Of a DNA stretch of 64,000 nucleotides, positions 13,968-27,050 are shown piece by piece (position 1 is the first letter of the stretch; each line of letters begins with the position of its first letter). Source of the stretch: Eledone cirrhosa. Lineage: Eukaryota. A program made the position numbers and the translations under genes. The DNA lies in assembly GCA_964016885.1 (NCBI GenBank), contig CAXHJY010000814.1, positions 1 to 64,000 on the forward strand, read 5' to 3'. The notes under the pieces are model-generated. The model did no database searches. It worked only from the letters and a program-made list of their open reading frames with translations, and was not told the DNA's origin.

Positions 13968-15510
13968 CCTTCTTTCTGTTATTCGCTGCTATTTCTAAAG
14001 TGTCCATATATATCATATATATGATATATAAATATATGTAAGTATGTTGCTATGACTGCTATTTCTAGCAGGTTTATTTTAGCGTGTAAATTGCACACCC
14101 GCAAAATTTTTGCCTCGATTTTTGCGATTAAGTAAGACAAAAGTTATCGTCCTTGTCAAAAATAAAATTTTACTATTATTGAAAATCTTTTGGCTGATTT
14201 TAAGCCAAAGTTTTTTAATGGCTGCCACTTCCGGTTTTTCTTGTGCGTCTACAGGACAGCCAGAAACCTGCTAGAAATAGCAGTCATAACAACACACTTA
14301 CGTATATTTATATACCAGGGATTCTCAACGAGGGGTGCACGCCCCACAGGGGGCAATTTGAATATAATAGGGGCCAATTAGAAAGAGATATAACGCTACC
14401 AAACTTCCCGTTACTCTTCATCTACACATGTTATCGTGTATCTGGCAGCCGCTACGAGAAGTTTGTTTACATTTTCGGATTTGTTTTGATCATCGCTGCA
14501 TCGTAGCTTTGTTTAATTAAAGGATTTCTAATTTATATTACAGTAATATGGTTGTAACCTCGAATTTTAGGGTGTTAAATTTATTTTAAAATATTTTATT
14601 ATTGGTCTTAGTTGGTCGATCGACTAAGGCCATGCTGGGGCACATTATCGAATATATTTAATTGTGAATTTCTGCCCCAATACATATTCTTTTACTCCTA
14701 CACATACAGCCTCATGTATTTATTTATTATTTTATTTGTTTCACGTTTTAAACTGTCCAAGCTGGGTCACCGCCTTTATTATATATGTGGCCGCATAACA
14801 CACACGCATGTATACATATATATGTGTGTGTGTGTGTGTGTGTGCTTCTTTCTTATGTTCGCTGCTATTACCTAAAGTGTCCATATGTATATATATATGA
14901 TATATAAATATATGTAAGTATGTTGCTATGACTGCTATTTCTAGCAGGTTTATTTTAGCGTGTAAACTGCACACCCGCAAAATTTTTGCCTCGATTTTTG
15001 CGATTAAGTAAGACAAAAGTTATCGTCCTTGTCAAAAATAAAATTTTACTATTATTGAAAATCTTTTGGCTGATTTTAAGCCAAAGTTTTTTAATGGCTG
15101 CCACTTCCGGTTTTTCTTGTGCGTCTACAGGACAGCCAGAAACCTGCTAGAAATAGCAGTCATAACAACACACTTATGTATATTTATATATCAGGGATTC
15201 TCAACGAGGGGTGCACGCCCCATAGGGGGCAATTTGAATATAATAGGGGCCAATTAGTATATAATACAGACCAAACTCCCAGTTACACTTCGTCTACACA
15301 GGTTATCGTGTATCTGGCAGCCGCTACGAGAAGTTTGTTTACATTTTCAAGTTTGTTTTGATAATCGCTGCATCGTAGCTTTGTTTAATTAAAGGATTTC
15401 TACTTTATATTACAGTAGTAACACTTTTACAAGACTTCGTTTCACATTTTATACTGGCCAAGCTGGGTCACCGCCTTTATTATATATGTGGCCGCATAAC
15501 AAACACATCC
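11690..15510. repeat. ~870-bp unit, two tandem copies in each orientation, forming a ~3.8-kb imperfect palindrome centred on 13470-13950
   Basis: Near-identical spurious ORFs at 12229/13099 (-) and 14190/15066 (+) give periods of 870 and 876. Confidence 0.93.
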
Positions 15511-16346
15511 TTATCCATCGCTCATAGACTTACCGTCGCATTAAGCGACTGAGAGTACATATCTCCTCCTAGACATGACGCCAGTCCATCGCAGGGTTAA
15601 CTCCCCAGCTACTGCTGTAAACAACAACAATATCAATAATAATAGTTTCTGATTTAGGCACAAGGCCAACAATTTGAAGGGGAGAGGAAAGTCGACTAAA
15701 TCGAGCCCAGTGCATTACTGGTATTTTATTTTATCGACATCGTAACGATGAAAGGCAAAGCTAACCTCAAATCACGTCGAGTTTAACTCTGCCTTTCATC
15801 CTTAAGGGGTCGATAAAATAAAGTACCAGTAATACACTGAAGTAGATTCCATTCAAAGGGATTTTTTAACTAACAGACTAATTCTATGTAGTCAAATACG
15901 GCAAACTAATCTTCACATTCGTTTGTAAACAACGCCTGGTTATATCAATATATCTATATCTCTCTCTATATATATATCTATATCTATCTATATATATTTA
16001 TATATGCCTTTCATCGTTACAGGGTGGATAAAATAAAGTACCAGTAATACACTGGTGCGATTTAGTCGACTTTCCCCTCCCCTTCAAAGGAAAAGAAATT
16101 GAAAATACAACTGGAGTCTTTTAAGAACATGTATTTATTTACTTTAACAGTTTCACAGTTCTTATAATAATTTTCAAAAGTAAAATTGAGCTGGAAGGTC
16201 TTGTTTCTGTTGTGGTTTGTCTCTCATCTCTTTTATCCGGGTGGGGCATCTTTCTAAAAACCACACTTATATATATATATGTGTGTGTTAGGTATTTCCA
16301 AAGAAAAAGCAAAGGAAAAAAGAGTGCTCTATGTATAGAACAGAGC

Positions 16347-16528
16347 TATTTAATTAGAAAGTGAACAACACAAAATATAACTACTCCATTACCAAAGGTT
16401 TCTGGATGCCAGACAATATTAATATACGCCTGACGACCGACCCAGACGTATATTAATATTGTCTGGCATCCAGAAACATTTGGTAATGGAGTGGTTATAT
16501 TTCCTGTTGTTTACTTTCTAATTAAATA
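16347..16528. repeat. Foldback with ~85-bp arms containing a hammerhead-like core
   Basis: Direct complementarity; CTGACGA..CCAGAC/GTCTGG..GAAAC(A/C)TTTGGTA. Confidence 0.8.
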
Positions 16529-16590
16529 TATATATATATACACACACACACATATATATATATATACACACACACATATATATATATATA

Positions 16591-16779
16591 TAAAGGTAAA
16601 AGGTAAACAGAAATAACAACACAGTCGGTACAGTATATATAGAAGGAATATATTAGGTTAATATATATATATACACACACATATATATATATATATAAAG
16701 GTAAAAGGTAAACAGAAATAACAACACAGTGGGTACAGTATATATAGTAGGAATATATTAGGTTAATATATATATATAT

Positions 16780-16812
<33 letters not shown>

Positions 16813-16892
16813 AAGGTAAAAGGTAAACAGAAATAACAACACAGTGGGTACAGTATATATAGAAGGAATATATTAGGTTAATATATATATAT

Positions 16893-16923
<31 letters not shown>

Positions 16924-17218
16924 AAGGTAAAAGGTAAACAGAAATAACAACACAGTCGGTACAGTATATATAGAAGGAATATATTAGGTTAATATATATA
17001 TATACACACACATATATATATATATATATATAAAGGTAAAAGGTAAACAGAAATAACAACACAGTCGGTACAGTATATATAGAAGGAATATATTAGGTTA
17101 ATATATATATATACACACACACATATATATATATATATAAAGGTAAAAGGTAAACAGAAATAACAACACAGTGGGTACAGTATATATAGAAGGAATATAT
17201 TAGGTTAATATATATATA
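16591..17218. repeat. ~105-115-bp minisatellite, 6 copies
   Basis: Unit AAAGGTAAAAGGTAAACAGAAATAACAACACAGTCGGTACAGTATATATAGAAGGAATATATTAGGTTAA plus variable microsatellite; related single pieces at ~34095 and ~35930. Confidence 0.93.
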
Positions 17219-17244
17219 GTGTTGGAGACAATTTTCTCTCACAA

Positions 17245-18740
17245 ATTTTATTAACAACGATGTACAAAGTAAATAAAGTTTAATAGGAAAAGAAAAGAAA
17301 AATTTAGATTGAGATGACTGGAATGTAAAATAGGTAAATATAGAGAAAGGAGAGAATAAAAGAGAGAAAACGAGATGAGGAGGGGAATGACAAGGACTGT
17401 AGTGTCACAGAAGACTGAGGGGAGGGTGGTTGAGTTCTGGGCCTAGGGCATAGGGGTGGAGAGGCTGTGACCCATGGACAATAGCCTGCGACACCTGCTG
17501 CAACAGTCACCCAACCTCGCCGGGCTCCTTCCTCAGACGGGGCACCAATGTTCTGATCTTGCAGAGGAGGTCGACAGTACGGGGTCCAAATAAGCCTGAG
17601 GTCGACAGTATAGGGTCCAAGTAAGCTTGAGGTCGACTGTACGGGGCCCAAATAAGCCTGAAGTCGACAGTACGGGGCCCAAATAAGCCTGAAGTCGACA
17701 GTATAGGGTCCAAATAAGCCTGAAGTCGACAGTACAGGGCCCAAATAAGCCTGAAGTCGACAGTACAGGGCCCAAATAAGCCTGAAGTCGACAGTACAGG
17801 GCCCAAATAAGCCTGAAGTCGACAGTACAGGGTCCAAATAAGCCTGAAGTCGACAGTACGGGGCCCAAATAAGCCTGAAGTCGACAGTACGGGGCCCAAA
17901 TAAGCCTGAAGTCGACAGTACAGGGCCCAAATAAGCCTGAGGTCGACAGTACAGGGTCCAAATAAGCCTGAAGTCGACAGTACGGGGCCCAAATAAGCCT
18001 GAAGTCGACAGTACGGGGCCCAAATAAGCCTGAAGTCGACAGTACGGGGCCCAAATAAGCCTGAGGTCGACAGTACGGGGCCCAAATAAGCCTGAAGTAA
18101 ACAGCACGGGGCCCAAATAAGGCTGAGGTCAACTGTATGGGGTCCAAATAAGCCTGAGGTCGACAGTACGGGGCCCAAATAAGGCTGAGGTCGACAGCAC
18201 GGGGCCCAAATAAGGCTGAGGTCGACTGTATGGGGTCCAAATAAGCCTGAGGTCGACAGTACGGGGCCCAAATAAGGCTGAGGTCGACAGTACAGGGTCC
18301 AAATAAGCCTGAAGTCGACAGTACGGGGCCCAAATAAGCCTGAAGTCGACAGTACGGGGCCCAAATAAGCCTGAAGTCGACAGTACGGGGTCCAAATAAG
18401 CCTGAAGTCAACAGTACGGGGCCCAAATAAGCCTGAAGTCGACAGTACGGGGTCCAAATAAGCCTGAAGTCGACAGTACGGGGCCCAAATAAGCCTGAAG
18501 TCGACAGTACGGGGCCCAAATAAGCCTGAGGTCTCAACGGCGATTGGTGTGAAATGGAAGCGGCCAGACAGTCCCCTGGTATTTGTTGATTTTCTGTTCT
18601 TGGGCGAGGTGCATCGTGAACTGGGGGTTTAGGTTAGGGTTAGACCGAAGGGACTAAGCTGGAGGCGGAAACATGTGGCACAGAACCAATCTCTGGATCT
18701 CACTGAATTACTTGCTAATGGATTACATTGAGTTCTAGCT
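17245..18740 (-). mobile_element. CRE-like non-LTR retrotransposon 3' fragment with an internal 31-bp array
   Basis: With the array collapsed it reads approx. EQKINKYQGLSGRFHFTPIAVETSGLFGPRTVDLLCKI..LRKEPGEVG*LLQQVSQAIVHG (RLE C-terminus). Confidence 0.75.
17567..18533. repeat. 31-bp minisatellite, 31 copies
   Basis: Unit GAGGTCGACAGTACGGGGCCCAAATAAGCCT; 961 bp between first and last GAGGTC = 31 x 31. Confidence 0.98.
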
Positions 18741-18778
18741 ACAGTATAGCTCCTACCACGGAAGGTAGACCACATTGA

Positions 18779-18819
<41 letters not shown>

Positions 18820-18844
18820 CATGTATATATATATATATATATTT

Positions 18845-18955
18845 GGCTGAGTGGTTAGAGAATTGGATTCGCAATCGTGAGGTTGTGAGTTCGATTCCTG
18901 GACCAGGCGATGCGTTATGTCCTTGAGCAAGACACTTTATTTCACGTTGCTCCTT
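18845..18955 (+). mobile_element. SINE 5' part (tRNA head)
   Basis: TGGCTGAGTGG A box, GAGTTCGATTCC B box, then SINE body CCTTGAGCAAGACACTTTATTTCAC. Confidence 0.75.
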
Positions 18956-19050
18956 CTACCTGGAGTTGCGACCGATAGATAGTATTAGCAATTGGAAAGA
19001 CCAACGGAAACATTGTTCCCTCGGTCCGATTTGACGAACGTCGATCGTTC

Positions 19051-19107
<57 letters not shown>

Positions 19108-19158
19108 AAATATTAAACAAATAATGAATAAACAATTTCTTATATTAAACAAAAAAAG

Positions 19159-19313
19159 TTCATTATTTAACGATCGTTTCTAGGATATATATGTGTTAGA
19201 ATTGGTATGCATATTCAACAGATCTATGTACAAAATTATACAAAATTATACAAATTATCAAGATTAAATATACATACCAAACACATATATACGCCGTCTT
19301 CAGAAATAATGAA
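19159..19313 (-). ncRNA. Type I hammerhead ribozyme motif (inverted copy)
   Basis: Reverse complement of 20893-21047. Confidence 0.72.
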
Positions 19314-19988
19314 GTATATTTATTGATAATAACAACAATTCAAAATTTCAGGTCCGTTTGGGAACAAAAATTGACCAATGAAAACACAAAGGGTTAAATG
19401 CAGTTAGGTGTGTGTATATACATGTAAAACCCTTACACATATTTTACAAAAATGTATGTATAAATTGTATACGCATACTAAAAGGATGGATGCGAACACA
19501 AAATTTCAAGGTTAATGTCTCCGTGAGTTATTGACACTTATGAAGTTAAGTATATAAATATATTTTTTCATACTCACACATATCCGTACAATCACACATA
19601 CACGCGCGTATATGCATAAATATACACATAACCACGAACATACAAACACACACACACCCCCACTCACATTTATATATGTGGATATAAAATCATAAGCACA
19701 TGGATATTAATTCACTCACATAAAACACTGGCATACACATTTTCAGATCAAGATACAGAAATTAGGTGGGAGGGGGGGGGAGGGGTCAGTATTCAACGGT
19801 CTGAACAGACTGCCTAATATAAATGTATCTATAAACTAAGAAAAATAAAACAAATAAAACATAATAAATAAAACATTAAGGAGGAAAGAATAGAAAGAAG
19901 AACAGAAAAAAGAAAAAAGAAAAAAGAAAAAAGAAAAAAGAAAAAAGAAATATATCAAGAAAATAAATATACACATATACACATACAT

Positions 19989-20039
<51 letters not shown>

Positions 20040-20247
20040 TATAAATATATATAAAAAAACATACATATATATACACACATAGACACTTACACATCCATAC
20101 ATAAATATACACACATATATAAATACATACATACATATACACACATCCACACTAAGAACATACATACACACACATATATAAACATATACATATACACACA
20201 TACATACATATACACATATACATACAAATACACATACACATATATAT

Positions 20248-20286
<39 letters not shown>

Positions 20287-20892
20287 TATACATACATATG
20301 CATATACATGTACATATACACACACATATACATATAATCACACATACTATACAGACACAGATATATATAACCATACACATACATGCAAATATACAACACT
20401 TACATACTAATATACATACAGATATACACATACATAGCTATATATACACACAAATATATACAGATTTACATATATACATACAGACAAATACTTACGCATC
20501 TATATATCGCTTATGATTTTATATCCACATATATAAATGTGAGTGGGGGTGTGTGTGTGTTTGTATGTTCGTGGTTATGTGTATATTTATGCATATACGC
20601 GCGTGTATGTGTGATTGTACGGATATGTGTGAGTATGAAAAAATATATTTATATACTTAACTTCATAAGTGTCAATAACTCACGGAGAAATTAACCTTGA
20701 AATTTTGTGTTCGCATCCATCCTTTTAGTATGCGTATACAATTTATACATACATTTTTGTAAAATATGTGTAAGGGTTTTACATGTATATACACACACCT
20801 AACTGCATTTAACCCTTTGTGTTTTCATTGGTCAATTTTTGTTCCCAAACGGACCTGAAATTTTGAATTGTTGTTATTATCAATAAATATAC

Positions 20893-21047
20893 TTCATTAT
20901 TTCTGAAGACGGCGTATATATGTGTTTGGTATGTATATTTAATCTTGATAATTTGTATAATTTTGTATAATTTTGTACATAGATCTGTTGAATATGCATA
21001 CCAATTCTAACACATATATATCCTAGAAACGATCGTTAAATAATGAA
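20893..21047 (+). ncRNA. Type I hammerhead ribozyme motif with long stem II
   Basis: Stem I TTCATTATTT/AAATAATGAA (10 bp), core CTGAAGA (20903-20909), GAAA (21026-21029), palindromic stem III ACGATCGT, GUU site. Confidence 0.75.
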
Positions 21048-21243
21048 CTTTTTTTGTTTAATATAAGAAATTGTTTATTCATTATTTGTTTAATATTTTA
21101 TCTTGACTCTGTATACCGTTTATCTTTCACCGAAAGTGGTTTTTCATTACATCTCTTCTTTCCATGATATCCGGAATACATTGAGTTCTTCATACGGATT
21201 GGACACTACCGTAAACTCTTGGTAGATTTATCTACATATATAT

Positions 21244-21295
<52 letters not shown>

Positions 21296-21375
21296 TCAAG
21301 CCACCAATCAAAACAATATAAACTGAGCAACATATGAGTGTTAGACTGTTTATATCCCATCTATATTCATTCGGT

Positions 21376-21513
21376 CATTACCACAGCAGGGGTCCGACAA
21401 GCTTTTGATTCCAGAGTCGGGCCAGATCAATACAGATCGAACCTTGAACCGATCAATAGTGAAATGCCTGACCCTGGAATCAAAAGCTCAGCAGACCTCT
21501 GCTGGTGGAATGA
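21376..21513. repeat. Imperfect foldback, ~45-bp arms
   Basis: CAGCAGGGGTC..AGCTTTTGATTCCAGAGTCGGGC vs GCCTGACCCTGGAATCAAAAGCT..GACCTCTGCTG. Confidence 0.8.
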
Positions 21514-21782
21514 CAGAATGGAAACTACGCATCAAGGGCTCACTTGGGTGAACCTACAGTAACTGCAAGTTACATTCCCTAGATATATATATAAATCATA
21601 TACATATATATACATATATATACATATATATATAAATCAGAGATATGAGAGAAGGCACATAATAAATTGTTAGATAATAGTGGATAAAGTACTACGCTGG
21701 TGAAGCAGATAAAAACTACACGTCCATCGGAGCATGCAGGCTTCATTTCTTTTCAATCTACACAAGTCTTCTACACACAACA

Positions 21783-22035
21783 CCCAGGTCTCACTACCAT
21801 GTAACATTGCTGTTCATATGGACGCATCATACAGTCTGCCTTTCATTTTGTAGCTAGCAGGGGTAGTAGCTCCCTGGACTTCTTCCATCCCATTCTTACC
21901 CTGGCTACTGTACTTTCAGAACACCCACCTTCGCTGCTAATTTGGTCACCTAGGTAGCAGAAGCTGTCTACTGTTTCTACAGAGCCCTCCCTGAATTTGG
22001 CAGCACCTTTTTCCTGTGGTTGTTTGCTGCTACAT
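21783..22035 (-). mobile_element. RTE-clade LINE reverse transcriptase C-terminal fragment
   Basis: VETVDSFCYLGDQISSEGGCSESTVARVRMGWKK.RELLPLL...KGRLYDA..TAMLHGSETW. Confidence 0.85.
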
Positions 22036-22267
22036 GTAAAGCTTACATTCTTATATATATATATATATAGAGAGAGATATAGATATATATATATAATACA
22101 TTATATATATATATAACATATATATAAACTTTGAATTTGTTTTGCAAGATTTCTTAAACAGATGGGGTGAATCTTCCTATATACGTTATTCCGGGTTGAA
22201 TCAGGGGTAACCACAGTAAGGAAGGTACTCAATACATAGCAGAGTATAAAAGTTTTAATATAGAAGA

Positions 22268-22316
22268 GCTTCTACAGGACTAGAACTGTTTCATTCATGA
22301 GAAATCATCAGGAAGC
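22268..22316 (-). ncRNA. Minimal hammerhead-like motif; rearranged inverted partner at ~22754-22815
   Basis: Minus strand GCTTC-CTGATGA-TTTCTCATGAAT-GAAAC-AGTTCTA-GTC-CTGTA-GAAGC. Confidence 0.55.
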
Positions 22317-22938
22317 TGGTGGTATTTATATGCTTGTGTGTGTACATGTGTAAGTGGGCACGTGTGTGAATGTGCTTGTTGACACCTGGAATATAAATTA
22401 AGAGAAACTTTACAATAAGGGGAAGCACCCCAACACTTAGAACCCTTTCTGCCATTGTCACCCTTATTTCAGCCTTAAAGAATTAGCTTCTAAAGAATGT
22501 CCCTTTTCTTTAAACCAATGAACCCCACCCATCCTGTAGACACCTGACTTACAGGAATTGTTAGTTTAAGAGATAAACAAGGATTGGTATTCAAATTTGA
22601 ATTTGTCTTAGCTTTAAAGAATTAGCTTTTAATGAACTCCCTTTTCTTTAAATCCATCAACCAATGACCTCCACCCATCCCAACCCCCACCCTCCCCTAC
22701 CACCAGAAAAGAAAATAATAAATACCACCACACTTACTTGGACAGCCAGCTTGCTTCCTGATGATTTCTAGTCCTGAAGAAATCAGTTCTAGTCTTGTAG
22801 AAGCTCTTCTATATTAAAAAAAATATATAAATATACATATATATACATACATATATTTACACACAGACACACGCATATATATATATAGATATACTTACAT
22901 ACACATACAACATATATATAAGTATATATACATATATA

Positions 22939-22972
<34 letters not shown>

Positions 22973-24092
22973 CACATATATATATATCTATACATATATA
23001 TACTGTATATGTATAGATATAATAGTATATCTATACATATATATACATAATAGTATATCTATACATATATATACACACACACATTTATATATATACATAC
23101 AACATATATTATAGAAAAAAACGAGGAAGTGTTGTTTACATTTATTTGTTACGTGTGTGTATATATATATATATATACACACACATGTAAATATATATAT
23201 ATGTATACATATATATATATATATATACACATGTATATATATGTATACATGTACATATATGTATACACATATATATATGTATACATGTACACATGTATAT
23301 ATATGTATACACATATATATATATATACATCGTTTATGTGAGAAAGTTTCGAAATAATTTTTTCACCCATTTTAACGATTAAGTAAAGACAGAGTTATCG
23401 TTCTTGAGATTTCCTCCAAGAAAATTTCAAGGAACTGATGTCGCTAAAGCGTCAATAAATTGAGCTACCGTGTTGCATCATGGGATATCTAATGGGTCAG
23501 ATTTATTCACTGGCTACTTCGTTGAACCTTGGTACTGGCTGTGCGGTAGTACGGAATGGCTTGCCAAGGGAAATAACTCGTCTAAATCACTTTTTATTAT
23601 ACGGCTGAGGCCATGCTGGGGCACCGCTTTATTTCATTTTTTTTTTAATAACTTTCTTAATAATAAATATTTTTAATTAAAATTTTGTAGAAATGTGTAT
23701 TAAAATGTGCAGATTCCGATTCTGGAGAGGGAATTAGAATATACGTTAATAGGAAATTTTAACAAGACGAGTTTACTTTTAATCTTGCATTGTAGGGCTT
23801 TAAAATATTTGTACTTATTTAAACTTGTGTGCATGCATACATATATATATATATATAAATGTACATATACACATACACACATACATATATATACATATAC
23901 ACACATACATAAACGTACATACACACATGTATATATATACATATTCATATATATATATATATGCATATATATATATACATGTGTCTATACATATATATAT
24001 ATATATGTATGTATATGTATATATATGCGTGTGTGTATATATATATATTTATACAGGGAATAACGAGTCTATGGCTCCATTAATTTATCATG

Positions 24093-24123
<31 letters not shown>

Positions 24124-24187
24124 CACATATATGTATGTTTATATATATGTTTGTATATATATATGTATGTATATATATATACGTATA

Positions 24188-24225
<38 letters not shown>

Positions 24226-24369
24226 TATGTATATATATATACGTATATATGTGTATATAAATATATATATATATATACATACATATATATATATATATGT
24301 TAGTATGTATATAAGTATGTTTTGAAGCAGGGAGTTTGAAATTAAAGGGTTCTAAACCCCACTATCAGG

Positions 24370-24406
<37 letters not shown>

Positions 24407-24914
24407 CCCACCTCAATATACATACTCGGATGTATGTATCTGTATATCATGATTTATACACTGTTCACTTCCCTGACATTTGTACATTATTCTATCTACT
24501 ATACATGCACCTTTGATGAGTTATAATGCACCTGAGCACTGTACACAATTTTATTATTTACGAGTAGACTTGGCTGTTCTTTCTAGCATTTCCGTTGTTG
24601 TAATTAGTATTTTTTTAATTCTCAGGATGTTATTTGACTGGTGCTTCTAGCATTTTACACACTTAGTGTGTTTGCTTTGAGGGAGATCTTAGCTACTATT
24701 TCTACCAAGTTTTACCGTAATGGGGTGTGTAATTTAAGGGTTGTTAGGCTGCTATTTCTTTCAACATCTTCCTAGTTATTCTTTGAAGGAAATTTGTTAT
24801 AAATTAAGAAAAGAAAGAAAAAATCTATTACATAAATAAAAGATGTTGCAGCATATATATTATCTCTTCTTCCTCTGGATTTGAGTTCAATTTTTCACAA
24901 GTGATAATTGAGAA

Positions 24915-26862
24915 TAGCTGTCGAGATACTGCATCCTTTAAAACCTCCATGGAACAAACTACCTGCATCAGTTGTTAGCTGTCGAGACACTGCATCCTTT
25001 AAAACCTCCATGGAACAAACTACCTGCATCAGTTGTTAGCTGTCGAGACACTGCATCCTTTAAAACCTCCATGGTACAAAATACCTCCATCAGTTGTTAG
25101 CTGTCGAGACACTGCATCCTTTAAAACCTCCATGGAACAAACTACCTACAACAGTTGTTAGCTGTCGAGACACTGCATCCTTTAAAACCTCCATCAGTTG
25201 TTAGCTGTCGAGACACTGCATCCTTTAAAACCTCCATGGAACAAACTACCTGCATCAGTTGTTAGCTGTCGAGACACTGCATCCTTTAAAACCTCCATGG
25301 AACAAACTACCTGCATCAGTTGTTAGCTGTCGAGACACTGCAACCTTTAAAACCTCCATGGAACAAACTAGCTGCATCAGTTAGCTGTCGAGACACTGCA
25401 TCCTTTAAAATCTCCATGAAACAAACTACCTGCATCAGTTGTTAGCTGTCGAGACACTGCATCCTTTAAAACCTCCATGGAACAAACTACCTGCATCAGT
25501 TGTTAGCTGTCGAGACACTGCATCCTTTAAAACCTCCATGGAACAAACTAGCTGCATCAGTTGTTAGCTGTCGAAACACTGCATCCTTTAAAACCTCCAT
25601 GGAACAAACTACCTGCATCAGTTGTTAGCTGTTGAGACACTGCATCCTTTAAAACCTCCATGGAACAAACTAGCTGCATCAGTTGTTAGCTGTCGAAACA
25701 CTGCATCCTTTAAAACCTCCATGGAACAAACTACCTGCATCAGTTGTTAGCTGTCGAGACACTGCAACCTTTAAAACCTCCATGGAACAAACTAGCTGCA
25801 TCAGTTAGCTGTCGAGACACTGCATCCTTTAAAATCTCCATGGTACAAACTACCTGCATCAGTTGTTAGCTGTCGAGACACTGCATCCTTTAAAACCTCC
25901 ATGGAACAAACTACCTGCATCAGTTGTTAGCTGTCGAGACACTGCAACCTTTAAAACCTCCATGGAACAAACTAGCTGCATCAGTTAGCTGTCGAGACAC
26001 TGCATCCTTTAAAATCTCCATGGTACAAACTACCTGCATCAGTTGTTAGCTGTCGAGACACTGCATCCTTTAAAACCTCCATGGAACAAACTACCTGCAT
26101 CAGTTGTTAGCTGTCGAGACACTGCAACCTTTAAAACCTCCATGGAACAAACTAGCTGCATCAGTTAGCTGTCGAGACACTGCATCCTTTAAAATCTCCA
26201 TGGTACAAACTACCTGCATCAGTTGTTAGCTGTCGAGACACTGCATCCTTTAAAACCTCCATGGAACAAACTCCCTGCATCAGTTGTTAGCTGTCGAGAC
26301 ACTGCATCCTTTATAACCTCCATGAAACAAACTACCTGCATCAGTTGTTAGCTGTCGAGACACTGCATCCTTTAAAACCTCCATGGAACAAACTACCTGC
26401 ATCAGTTGTTAGCTGTCGAGACACTGCAGCCTTTAAAACCTCCATGGAACAAACTCCCTACATCAGTTGTTAGCTGTCGAGACACTGCAGCCTTTAAAAC
26501 CTCCATGGAACAAACTCCCTACATCAGTTGTTAGCTGTCGAGACACTGCAGCCTTTAAAACCTCCATGGAACAAACTCCCTACATCAGTTGTTAGCTGTC
26601 GAGACACTGCAGCCTTTAAAACCTCCATGGAACAAACTCCCTGCATCAGTTGTTAGCTGTCGAGACACTGCAGCCTTTAAAACCTCCATGCTTCCTGAAA
26701 TTCGCCAACACTATACCTGATATTCCCCCCTCCATACACACCCACGTATACACTTTTCACTTTCCTGACATTTGTACATTATTCTATGTACTATACATGC
26801 ACCTTTGATGGGTTGTAGTGCACCTGAGCACTGTACACAATAATTTCATTATTATTATTATT
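24915..26862 (+). mobile_element. CR1-like LINE 3' end with ~29-copy 61-bp array (24915-26690), 3'UTR and (ATT)n tail; extra 3'UTR copy at 24459-24560
   Basis: Reverse complement of the unit and UTR at 1016-1755. Confidence 0.9.
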
Positions 26863-27050
26863 GGCAGTGGATTAGCAGTATCGGTTGAGGGTCGGGCGCC
26901 ATGCTTTGACGCATAGAGTTACGACCCTTTCCATTCTGAGTTCAAATCCCGCCAAGGTCAACTTTACCTTTCATTCTTGCGGGGTCAATAAAATAAAGTA
27001 CCAGTAATACACTGGGGTAATTGTGCTGGCCTTGTGCCAAAAGTAGAACT
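26863..27050 (+). mobile_element. Second tRNA-derived SINE family (also 30212-30390; fragments at 15645-15840 and 16005-16088)
   Basis: GAGTTCAAATCC B box followed by GCCTTTCATCC..GGGGTCGATAAAATAAAGTACCAGT body. Confidence 0.75.

Larger units (their letters stand above)
19105..21101. mobile_element. Pair of 593-bp near-identical inverted repeats (19105-19697 / 20509-21101), Penelope-like pLTR arrangement
   Basis: Direct reverse complementarity; each arm carries a hammerhead motif. Confidence 0.8.

Noticed and set aside
12229-15361. Repeated ORFs MADFKPKF / MVDRLRPC / MRLQDSQK
   Set aside because: Non-ATG-start frames in a non-coding 870-bp repeat with no recognisable motifs
17567-18533. CRISPR-like 31-bp repeats and long ORFs
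   Set aside because: Head-to-tail units with no spacers, no cas genes, eukaryotic context; the ORFs are by-products of the repeat
18626-18643. Telomere-like GGTTAGGTTAGGGTTAG (also ~27623-27637)
   Set aside because: Only 2-3 imperfect units
24915-26690. 61-bp period resembling CRISPR repeat+spacer
   Set aside because: The whole unit is repeated and derives from CR1 ORF2
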